Positions 28,411 through 36,550 of a DNA stretch of 53,859 nt are shown piece by piece. How positions within the stretch are numbered: the first letter of the stretch is position 1; each line of letters starts with the position of its first letter. The stretch comes from Candidatus Micrarchaeota archaeon. Lineage in GTDB: Archaea > Micrarchaeota > Micrarchaeia > Norongarragalinales > SBBD01. Position numbers and translations under genes: made by a program. The DNA is taken from positions 1 through 53,859 of the forward strand of contig JBBSVW010000023.1 of NCBI GenBank assembly GCA_038046605.1, in the 5' to 3' direction. Below the pieces are notes generated by a model. That model had not been told where the DNA came from. It ran no database searches and was given only the letters and a program-made list of their open reading frames with translations.

Positions 28411-29288
28411 TGGAGCACCTCAATACCCGCAATTATCCCACGCATTTCTTCATCAAAAAACCGCACAACATCATCATCCGGCATTTGCTCTAAAACAAAT
28501 GTAAGTCCGCCCCTTCCTTCCAACTCTTTACCCCTTACAAGTTTGTTTATTTTATCCCGAAGATATTCGATGTCCGGCGCCTCAAGGTATACGGATTTCA
28601 CTTCATCATCGCCGTTAGTCCCGGTTTCCGCTGCTTCGGAAGGCAGGATTATTTTCTTCCAACCGTTTCCGACAGAAGCCAACAATTCGGCCCCATCTGT
28701 CCGCACATTCGCGTTTGTCCGCGCCCGCATACCGCCGTATTCGATTTCGATGCCATCGGCGGCCTTCTCAATTTTGACCTTCAAGACGGGTTCACTTGTA
28801 ACCCGCGGCTTGTATTCTGAAGGCGATAGCGGTTCTTCGGACGCACTTGGCCTGGGCAACTGGGCAATTATCTGCAGAGTTGAACCGGGCAATTGCTTAA
28901 CCTTGGAAGAAGACCGGCCATTGCCCGAATCTTGAACGGTTATGGATGCTCCCGAGCGGTCAGTTGAAGTAATGCTAATTGTTGTTGGGTCGGGGGATGT
29001 TCGATAGGCTTGCCCTTCAATAACCTGCACAACCACGGTAATGAAATTACCTCCCATTGAAAGATTATAGGTGCCGTTTTCGGAATTGGATGGTGTGGGT
29101 TGGACGCTAATCCGAATTATAGGTATCAATGAAGGGGCAGGAGACGCACATGGCTCATCGTAAGTGCCATAAGGATCGTTCAACGCGCGGTAAATGCGCT
29201 CGGTGGGGCAAGGAGCGTTGGGCGGGCCTATTTCCGCAGCTACGGCAACAAGAAGTGCAGTAATTGCGATCAATAAACTAATTTTCAT
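28407..29288 (-). CDS. secreted chimeric protein: N-terminal about 220 aa like the 326-aa protein (33772..34752), C-terminal about 65 aa like the end of the 1258-aa protein
   Basis: Signal MKISLLIAITALLVAVAAE. LPGSTLQIIAQLPRPSASEEP aligns with VPGSEVRLIARLPTPTISPEP, and KKIILPSEA with RKLILPSLA. The tail LRDKINKLVRGKELEGRGGLTFVLEQMPDDDVV...IIAGIEVLQ aligns with ILDKITKLTNAVRMEGRGGIRFVFENTPFSDVI...DIIGWEVLT. A TTG at 29297 is an alternative start. Confidence 0.85.
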   Translation of the reverse strand: MKISLLIAITALLVAVAAEIGPPNAPCPTERIYRALNDPYGTYDEPCASPAPSLIPIIRISVQPTPSNSENGTYNLSMGGNFITVVVQVIEGQAYRTSPDPTTISITSTDRSGASITVQDSGNGRSSSKVKQLPGSTLQIIAQLPRPSASEEPLSPSEYKPRVTSEPVLKVKIEKAADGIEIEYGGMRARTNANVRTDGAELLASVGNGWKKIILPSEAAETGTNGDDEVKSVYLEAPDIEYLRDKINKLVRGKELEGRGGLTFVLEQMPDDDVVRFFDEEMRGIIAGIEVLQ

Positions 29289-29293
29289 ATTTT

Positions 29294-29995
29294 TCAATCA
29301 CCCAAATTGATGCCTTTAGGCTGGCAGGTATATGGCAACGGGGAAGCCAAGAGGAACACGCCGTTTTCAAGCTTTTCACTTTTCCTTGAATTAACGAACT
29401 TAACCTTCCCCAATAGTTCATTCGAATAAATCTCCAGCCAATATTTTTTATCCCCTCCAAATGTTTCAAGAGTCTGGAGGAAATTCTGCAACGGCTCGAA
29501 GTTAGCCTCCTTCAAATAAAGAACGTCGTCCCCAACCGCAAAAACTGCTAAGTCGCCCAACGAATCCATAATGGATTTAGTGGTGTTAAGCAATAGTCTT
29601 GCCCTTCCATAAAACTCCTTAAGTACAGGTCCAGCTACCTTCGGGTCTTCGTTATCCAGAACCTGCATCCGGGCGTTGAGTGGACTTTTTGGAACCGAAT
29701 AATGAACATTATAATATTTGCCGTTATGATCATAAATAAATAGGAACAATACCGCATAATCCGTACTCAACATCACGTGCTTGCCAACCACAAAGGTTCC
29801 ATGCCGCTCTCCGGAGCATAATCTTTTTACAGCCTCATCTATAGTCATGTCGGATTTACCGTCTTTTTTTTCTATTACATTATAAAAATGAAGCCCGCTC
29901 TTCAGCATGGCAGTAAGCACCCTTTTTGCTATTTCTTCCTTTTTCAATTTATTTTTGCCAACAAATACGTGTATTACGATGTCGTTATCGCTCAT
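29294..29995 (-). CDS. cytoplasmic 233-aa protein, single A module (candidate immunity/partner of the upstream C-terminal module)
   Basis: No signal peptide. Its ATG overlaps the TGA of the 1258-aa gene (TCAT on the plus strand at 29992..29995). It is homologous to both A modules of 26365..28410. Confidence 0.85.
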   Translation of the reverse strand: MSDNDIVIHVFVGKNKLKKEEIAKRVLTAMLKSGLHFYNVIEKKDGKSDMTIDEAVKRLCSGERHGTFVVGKHVMLSTDYAVLFLFIYDHNGKYYNVHYSVPKSPLNARMQVLDNEDPKVAGPVLKEFYGRARLLLNTTKSIMDSLGDLAVFAVGDDVLYLKEANFEPLQNFLQTLETFGGDKKYWLEIYSNELLGKVKFVNSRKSEKLENGVFLLASPLPYTCQPKGINLGD

Positions 29996-32900
29996 GTCAA
30001 CACCTCCCAGCCGATAATATCCCCTTTACTTACCGCATTATTCAAAACCGTAATTACATCACTGAACGGGGTATTTTCAAAAACAAAACGAATACCGCCC
30101 CTGCCTTCCATCCGAACTGCATTTGTCAACTTCGTGATTTTATCCAAAATAACATCTTTGGCGGGATTCCCAGACTTGAATTCTAAAATTGAATTATCAT
30201 TAAGAATTGCATCGAAGTCCGTAATATCCCTACCACCACTTCTTACTGCATGGCTTACTTCAACAACCTCATCTGCATGACTCGAGCGAGAAGCAGCTTT
30301 AATTTCGAAAAGATAACCCGTTAGTTCCCCGTCGGTAGACCTGATTATCTTTTCTTCGATCTTATCTATCCCCACAACTCCCCTGCTGCGCAATTTGTTC
30401 ATATTCTCGAAGGCTTCTTCAGCCCCTTCCTTCGCCACTCTGGCAATTTTTTTGCCTGCATCCTGCCTTATCGGAGAGCCCTGTACGAATTCGTCCAATC
30501 CTTTTATCGCGTCGTCGGACCAGCGAGTAGTATCTACGCCGATATCGACAGCCTTCCTAAAAATGCCGATGTCGTCGAACCACCTGGCAAGTTTCTGGAT
30601 GCCTTCCTTTCCATAAGAGAATAAATCGTCACCAATTTTTCCAATAGCCTTAGTTGCTTTTTCCAGTATTTCTACTTTTTTGATACCTTTGCCCACAGTA
30701 ATTCCGACTACGCCCACCAACCCGACGGGGATCAATGGCGAGGCAATGTCACCGATAAGGAATGCCTCTTCCACCCAGCATTTATTCGCAGTAACGCCCG
30801 CCTCCCGCCTTATGGTTGCGGTGCAAGTTTTAAAGTCCCCAGAGCAGCTCTCAATTGCTTTTATGCATCCAGAAAAGCCGCTCCCAAATGCACTCTGGTT
30901 TGAGTAAATTATGCAACTGCAGTACTCTTCGGTGCTTAATCCTATGGAAATAAGATCGACTACTTCCAACGCTATGACTCCCAGGGCAATAGCACTCGTA
31001 TTGACTGAACCGTTCGATGCACTCCCGATTCTATTGGATGGTGAAAACGTAGTTTGGAATGAAAGCGTTTGGACTGGCGATTGCAAATTAACGGACTGGG
31101 TCAACTGATAAAGCCCGGAATATGAAGGATTTGTAACGGCATATCGGACATCCACCCTATGGTTGCCGTAATCAATGTTTTCAATATATGCAAAGCCGAA
31201 CACATTCGTTAATGCCTTAGGATCGTCGTATTTCGAATCCAAAAATACGTATGCGTTTGCAACCGGGTACCCATTAGGGTTATCCGTATTTATTTTCAGG
31301 TTCCCCTTCTGGACGGGCTGGGTGCAGGCACAATCAAAATACGCCCATTCGCTTCCGTCCACGTACACATTCCGGATTCCGCAGTAGTTGCCATTGGGGC
31401 AATATACTGTAACGGAATGAGACCCGTATTTAGCGGACGAGGATAATGTGCCGTCGTCTCCGGTTACACCCACAGCATTGCCGTCAATACTGACCGAAGC
31501 GGATTTCACGGGGCCATATCCTGCATTAATATCGTCAACATCCACGGAAATTTGGCCGTATTGAGAAGCAGGGCAATAAGGCTGGTCGGGTATGCAGCCG
31601 TTTGTGCAAGTTTCCTTATAGCACATGCAAGTATTCTGGCTGGAATCAAAATAGCAGTTGTAATTCCTTCGATTACCGTCGCATGTGTTGTCGAACAAGG
31701 AGCAATCGGTTGATGATGTAAAGATAATGTCGCCGAAGTTCACATCGCCCATGAAGAAGAAGCAGCTGTTTCCCAAATTATCATATACCGTATACTTCGT
31801 GCCCCCGACGGTTACCTTTACTTTATAATTTCCGGAATTCCCGTTCAGGGCGAAGTAACCGTTAGCATCTGTAGATGTGCCGGATACGAACGAATCGGAA
31901 CAGGTTGCTAGCTCCATCGGTGCGCCTGCGATGGGCGTGCCATTCGGGTTCTTGACGTATCCGTGAACTGAAGTTTTCATCGGCAGCTTGATGGTGGACA
32001 ATTCCCACGCGCCGGCAGCATAGTATTTGCATGCCTGCCCCTCTACCGTAATATCAAAAGTCGCGAAATTTGTTACAATTTTGAGCTTGTAACTGCCAGG
32101 TTGCGCAACCAGCGTATATCTGCCCGAAGAATCCGTCGTGGAGGAAGTAACGAAATTGCCGCTGCAATCGGTGAACTGCGCCTGCAATCCCTGCTGGGGG
32201 GTGCCCTGCTCATCCTGAACAATTCCGGTGACGCTTGCCTGGGTTACGATGATAATTGGATTATTGAGTGCGTAATAACCCGGCACCCACCTATAGCAAC
32301 TGATGCCGTCAATCGGGACTTCAACCGTTGTGCCAGAATAGGTTGCCTTAAGCTTATAGGTTCCGTACGGGGCAACGAGAGTGAACGAGCCATCGCCCGC
32401 GGTTGTGGCACTGGCGACAGGGTTGTCCGAACAGTCCGTGAAGCGCACGGCCGCGCCCGAGAGTGGGGCGTTGGCGCTGTTTTTCACATAGCCCGTGAGG
32501 TGCACTTTTACAATAATTTGGATGTTGGGGAAGGTCCAGCCGCCGGGTGTGAACAGGAAGCACTCCGAAAGGGGGATCTGGCCCCAGCTCGTGTCCGCCC
32601 AAACTACGTACTGGCCCCACTTTTCCTGCGGGAAAACGAAATGGCCGCTTCCGTCGGTGAAAGCGGTTTGCTTCGGATTTCCAACGCAATCCTTCAGCCT
32701 CATCAGGTAGCCGGAAAGAGGCGCGCCGTTTTCGTCCCTCAAATAGCCGTCTATATCCACGCGGTCATTGACAGTCAGGTCGCCAAAATTTACGGTGTCG
32801 ACGAGCCTCAAACAGGTATTTCCCGAACCGTCGCCAATGTAAACCCATGCCGACCACGGCATCCAGAATTTAATCTTGTAATAGCCATTCACGTCATTGA

Positions 32901-33768
32901 TCCTGAAAATCCCGAAGGCATCTGTAGAAATCGGCTGCATGTTAATATCATTGCAATCGGTCAATTGGCCGGTCAGGTATGCGTACGGGACACCGAACTG
33001 GTTGGCTAATTTTCCGGTGGTGCTCATGAAGCCGCCAATTACTGAGAAATAATTCGTAAAGGCTGAAACGGTAGAGCCGGGAATAGACAGCTGGGTGAAC
33101 CAACGCATGTTCGGGCCCCAATAATTGGTGGGCCAGTTCAATTCTCCCAGCCATTGAGAGGCGAAGCCGTTTAAGGGCCAGGGGGGGAAGGTGGTTGGCG
33201 GACCCATAACGCCGTTTTCGTCGACGAAGCGAATCGTTTCCGTTGCCTGGACTGCGGGGCCGTTGTTTTCCACGAAGCGCCTTATAATTTGGGTCTCGGT
33301 TTTGTAGAAATAAAGGGTCTTGTCCGTTGAGGCAGTGTAGCGGCCTAGGCTTGTGGGCGATAAAACACCCTTCTGGGCGATATCCGCAATTTTTTGAACG
33401 CCACTCACTACGGTCAGGCTGGGCTTGTACGACGCCAATGCCGGCCAATCACCGCCGGTGGTTATCGTCGTGAAGTTCGCATTGCTGACGAGCGAATAAT
33501 TGTAGGGGTGGTTATATGTGACCGTGTAAACGCTTGAGGATTCCACGGCCTGCAATGCGCTGGAGGTCGCTGCAAATGAGCCCGCACTTTCGCTTATTTG
33601 GAGGCTGCTTATGCCAGAATAGCCCGTTGCAATAACTGCGTTCAATTCGGATTCGGGAATAATTGTTGGGGAAGGGTCGAGGGAAACTTTCGCGCCTAAA
33701 GCACCGGAGGTTAGCAGTGCGACTGCAAGAAGCAGTACTATCGCAAGCAAGGAAATTTTTCCATGCAT
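29992..33768 (-). CDS. giant secreted repeat protein with C-terminal Hjc/PD-(D/E)xK-like module (candidate polymorphic-toxin-like effector)
   Basis: Signal MHGKISLLAIVLLLAVALLTSGALG. It has at least 5 tandem carboxypeptidase-regulatory-like beta-sandwich repeats, each with a (T/K)DC motif (for example GYVKNSANAPLSGAAVRFTDCSDNPVASATTAGDGSFTLVAPYGTYKLKATY). A Cys-rich knot (CSLFDNTCDGNRRNYNCYFDSSQNTCMCYKETCTNGC) follows. Two hydrophobic segments lie at aa 924-944 and 1002-1026. The 232-aa tail ends ...HAVRSGGRDITDFDAILNDNSILEFKSG...MEGRGGIRFVFEN. Confidence 0.9.
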   Translation of the reverse strand: MHGKISLLAIVLLLAVALLTSGALGAKVSLDPSPTIIPESELNAVIATGYSGISSLQISESAGSFAATSSALQAVESSSVYTVTYNHPYNYSLVSNANFTTITTGGDWPALASYKPSLTVVSGVQKIADIAQKGVLSPTSLGRYTASTDKTLYFYKTETQIIRRFVENNGPAVQATETIRFVDENGVMGPPTTFPPWPLNGFASQWLGELNWPTNYWGPNMRWFTQLSIPGSTVSAFTNYFSVIGGFMSTTGKLANQFGVPYAYLTGQLTDCNDINMQPISTDAFGIFRINDVNGYYKIKFWMPWSAWVYIGDGSGNTCLRLVDTVNFGDLTVNDRVDIDGYLRDENGAPLSGYLMRLKDCVGNPKQTAFTDGSGHFVFPQEKWGQYVVWADTSWGQIPLSECFLFTPGGWTFPNIQIIVKVHLTGYVKNSANAPLSGAAVRFTDCSDNPVASATTAGDGSFTLVAPYGTYKLKATYSGTTVEVPIDGISCYRWVPGYYALNNPIIIVTQASVTGIVQDEQGTPQQGLQAQFTDCSGNFVTSSTTDSSGRYTLVAQPGSYKLKIVTNFATFDITVEGQACKYYAAGAWELSTIKLPMKTSVHGYVKNPNGTPIAGAPMELATCSDSFVSGTSTDANGYFALNGNSGNYKVKVTVGGTKYTVYDNLGNSCFFFMGDVNFGDIIFTSSTDCSLFDNTCDGNRRNYNCYFDSSQNTCMCYKETCTNGCIPDQPYCPASQYGQISVDVDDINAGYGPVKSASVSIDGNAVGVTGDDGTLSSSAKYGSHSVTVYCPNGNYCGIRNVYVDGSEWAYFDCACTQPVQKGNLKINTDNPNGYPVANAYVFLDSKYDDPKALTNVFGFAYIENIDYGNHRVDVRYAVTNPSYSGLYQLTQSVNLQSPVQTLSFQTTFSPSNRIGSASNGSVNTSAIALGVIALEVVDLISIGLSTEEYCSCIIYSNQSAFGSGFSGCIKAIESCSGDFKTCTATIRREAGVTANKCWVEEAFLIGDIASPLIPVGLVGVVGITVGKGIKKVEILEKATKAIGKIGDDLFSYGKEGIQKLARWFDDIGIFRKAVDIGVDTTRWSDDAIKGLDEFVQGSPIRQDAGKKIARVAKEGAEEAFENMNKLRSRGVVGIDKIEEKIIRSTDGELTGYLFEIKAASRSSHADEVVEVSHAVRSGGRDITDFDAILNDNSILEFKSGNPAKDVILDKITKLTNAVRMEGRGGIRFVFENTPFSDVITVLNNAVSKGDIIGWEVLT

Positions 33769-33771
33769 ACC

Positions 33772-34752
33772 CTATCCCATCGCCAGGAACGCCCACCATG
33801 GCTTTTCAATGCTTTCAACCCGCCTGGTTTCCGCATTCACAAAGGTTTTCAGAGGCATATTTACCTCCAGGAGCCCAAACAGCCTCGTTCGCCTTTCGGA
33901 TGATATTTGGTATATCGGCCTTCCTCCCTCAACCTCCAATTCAAATTTAGTTATCGCGCCTAGCTGGGCCTTGATCGGGGCAAGGGCCAATGATGGCAAG
34001 ATCAACTTCCTCTTCTCGCTTCCGGCTTCCACCTTCAAGTCCCCATTTACCAAGAAGAGCTCCCGGGTAGTTTCTGCCACAATACCCCCCTCTTCAATTA
34101 GGGTTACATCCCCTATTTTTGAAAGCTTCACTTTCCCGCCCTCATTATTTATCTCAGCATTTCCCTCAGAAACTTCTTGTGGGGAAATTGGTTCTGCTGT
34201 TGGCTGGATGGGCTCGATTTCGTCCGCAGGAGGTAGGGGAGGCGATTCAGGCGACTGTGGGGTCGGCTCCGGTGAAATTGTGGGGGTGGGAAGGCGGGCG
34301 ATGAGCCGGACTTCCGAACCCGGCACTACCTGCACGTTTGGCATGTATGGCGGAGATGCCTGAATTGTGGAGATGGTTACTGTGTCGGTGTAGCTTCTGA
34401 CCGGTTTGTTTAGTGAATAGTTTCTGGTTTCGTAAGAGACGTTCGCGCCAATTTGCGAGGGCGTAGAAGATGCAAACATTATAGGAGGAATTACGTTTGG
34501 CGATCCATTGGAGAGGTTAACATTAATCATCAACGGGAAGGGCGCTACCGGCATGCTCGTAGGAAAACCAATTGATGGGGAGGCGCTTGGGCAGGGAGTG
34601 CGGTTGTACGGATAAATCAGAATGCTATAAGGAGCGCACGGCGTTGGCGTAACGTTTTCCGCAATTGCATTAGGCATAAGGGAAACGATAACGGCGAAAA
34701 ACATGCCTGCTGGCAGTATGAGAAGAAGCTTCCGGTTCAATTCCACCCCCAT
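33772..34752 (-). CDS. secreted protein, first gene of the operon (Pro-rich linker; C-terminal KPWWAFL module)
   Basis: Signal/anchor LLLILPAGMFFAVIVSLMPNAIA and the linker ARLPTPTISPEPTPQSPESPPLPPADEIEP. The C-terminus is FELEVEGGRPIYQISSERRTRLFGLLEVNMPLKTFVNAETRRVESIEKPWWAFL (PepSY-like pattern from memory, unverified). Its stop is 3 nt before the next start. Confidence 0.85.
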   Translation of the reverse strand: MGVELNRKLLLILPAGMFFAVIVSLMPNAIAENVTPTPCAPYSILIYPYNRTPCPSASPSIGFPTSMPVAPFPLMINVNLSNGSPNVIPPIMFASSTPSQIGANVSYETRNYSLNKPVRSYTDTVTISTIQASPPYMPNVQVVPGSEVRLIARLPTPTISPEPTPQSPESPPLPPADEIEPIQPTAEPISPQEVSEGNAEINNEGGKVKLSKIGDVTLIEEGGIVAETTRELFLVNGDLKVEAGSEKRKLILPSLALAPIKAQLGAITKFELEVEGGRPIYQISSERRTRLFGLLEVNMPLKTFVNAETRRVESIEKPWWAFLAMG

Positions 34753-34876
34753 GGTTTCTTGCTTTGAAGATATTTAATACTATTGAATTGCCGGCTTGGC
34801 ACCATCAACTCAACGGCTCACCGCATCACGTGAAGCACGAAATCTTAGTGGATCGCTATGATTCGGAGGTTTTTAT

Positions 34877-36046
34877 CTAATATAGCAATCCAAACAGGAA
34901 TAGCGGCATGAACTTGCCCTCAAATTTGACTCCGTCAACAGCGATAAGGTCGGCCATAGCATAGGATTTTTTGCTGACGCCCCCTACTTCCACCACTTTC
35001 CCCTCTTTTAGGAAATCCGGGGTCTTCTCCCCGCGTTTGGTCTTAAAGTAGCAATCGGGATCCGCATTATTGACGAAGAATTCCTCCCTCAAGGCGCCTT
35101 TGTCGGGGTTTGGGCACAGCAAAAAACGGTAAGGCGGGGATAGGAATACCTTGGGCTCTTTTTTCACGTTCGCTAGCCCGTGCTGGCAGGGAAGCAAAGT
35201 TTTGATGATTCCCGCATCCTCAAGATTTGAAATCAGGGTTATGAGGAATGTTTTGCCTATTCCAAGTTTTTGCGATACTGAATTGTAGCTGAATTCATAA
35301 GGCGGCGAACTCGCAACATGGTAAAGCAGCTTATAGGCGTCGTTTTCATATTTCGAATTGATCCCGCGCATTGAAATAAGGTCCTTGGTAAGCATCTTAT
35401 CCAGCGTATTGCCAAGTGCTTCCCTGAAACCGCTTCCTCCGAATAGGACGCCCCCGTTTAGCATATAATCTTCCAAATAGCGGGAGGCTTCGGCGTGCCT
35501 TATGCTCAAATCCTTCCTGCTTTCCATTATGGTTTTGAAATCGTAAGGGGGTATGTCGTACCCTTTCTTTATGTTCAAGTATTCCCTATAGGAGGCGGGC
35601 TTGAGCTCGAGAATAACCGCCCTGCGGGAGAGATCGGCCCCGCGCCCCCGGATCTTAAGGCCCGAAGAGCCCGAAAAGAATACCCTTGCCCTTTTCTCAT
35701 CGTAGATTGCTTTCAGGTCCCCCGCCCATTCGTAGGAGGTATGGATTTCATCAATGAAAATATTCTGGAAACCCTGCCGTTGCAGATGCTCTGCAATCTC
35801 ATATATTGAGTATTTTCTCAAGAAGATTGCATCCGCGGAGAAATATATTGAATTTTCGAAGCGACCTGCAATCTGGAGCAATAAAATCGTCTTCCCAATG
35901 CCCCTTAGCCCCACAATTCCGACAAAATAATCATCGGTTATGCCCATCGCTTTCTCAAACAAATGCCGTTTCTTTGTGAAAGAATTGCCCCATTTTTTCA
36001 AGGATTCACTGTTCCTTAGCAATTTTTCAAAATCCTGGTTTTCCAT
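34877..36046 (-). CDS. AAA+ ATPase (AAA_14/COG1373-like)
   Basis: Walker A GLRGIGKTILLLQ and Walker B NIFIDEIH followed by W..DLK and FFSGSS, as in the archaeal predicted ATPase family. Confidence 0.7.
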   Translation of the reverse strand: MENQDFEKLLRNSESLKKWGNSFTKKRHLFEKAMGITDDYFVGIVGLRGIGKTILLLQIAGRFENSIYFSADAIFLRKYSIYEIAEHLQRQGFQNIFIDEIHTSYEWAGDLKAIYDEKRARVFFSGSSGLKIRGRGADLSRRAVILELKPASYREYLNIKKGYDIPPYDFKTIMESRKDLSIRHAEASRYLEDYMLNGGVLFGGSGFREALGNTLDKMLTKDLISMRGINSKYENDAYKLLYHVASSPPYEFSYNSVSQKLGIGKTFLITLISNLEDAGIIKTLLPCQHGLANVKKEPKVFLSPPYRFLLCPNPDKGALREEFFVNNADPDCYFKTKRGEKTPDFLKEGKVVEVGGVSKKSYAMADLIAVDGVKFEGKFMPLFLFGLLY

Positions 36047-36121
36047 GTATATTAATGCAACCTACAGATTTATTAACATTTTGTTTTATTTGTAATACAA
36101 AATACAAACATTATGTATTAT

Positions 36122-36456
36122 TTAAAGTTCAAATTGCATGGAATTCCGATAACGTTTCACAAGCACCTTTACCAAACTTGCCGGCTTTCCGTTCTCAAGC
36201 GTGACATTAATGGTGCCGCCTTTTCACCGAGGGAATTTTTTAGGGTAATTAAGTATGTACCGGTTGCAAGCGGCTGCATCTCGCACCGGAAATTGCTCTT
36301 CTTTCCCCGGTAGCCGCTTTCGCAGCTGCAAATACCCGAATCCGGCGGTGTGCTGCATGCAGGTTGACCGATAATGCCGGCTTCGCTGTTGGTTTCAACG
36401 TACAACCTCACAACGTCTGATTCCCTGATGAATCCCAGGAACTCGATAAATTGCAA
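36122..36456 (-). pseudogene. decayed 3' remnant of the 16011..18959 / 51413..53431 surface-protein family
   Basis: IRESDVVRLYVETNSEAGIIGQPACSTPPDSGICSCESGYRGKKSNFRCEMQPLATGTYLITLKNSLGE aligns with IRETDNVDVYVQTNSKSDIIGQPICEHPEGSGYCNCEPGYLGSKGNFKCEMQPLAKGEYFITLKNAEGQ. A frameshift follows, and the other frame continues GGTINVTLENGKPASLVKV. The N-terminal 650 aa and the TM helix and tail are missing. Confidence 0.8.
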
Positions 36457-36550
36457 GTAGGGCTTTGGATTTTTACCTTTTGCACATTAAATTCCAAAAA
36501 TATGCAATTTTCAGCCCCAAAACCCTAAAAGCACCTATTCCGTTGTGAGT

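Noticed and set aside
32101-33009. A 302-aa plus-strand ORF (and several others: 28384..28935, 33809..34363, 30395..31387) inside the large minus-strand operon
   Set aside because: These ORFs are antisense to ORFs with clear signal peptides, domain repeats and paralog support. Their translations are Arg/Gly/Ala-rich with no motifs, which is typical of shadow ORFs.
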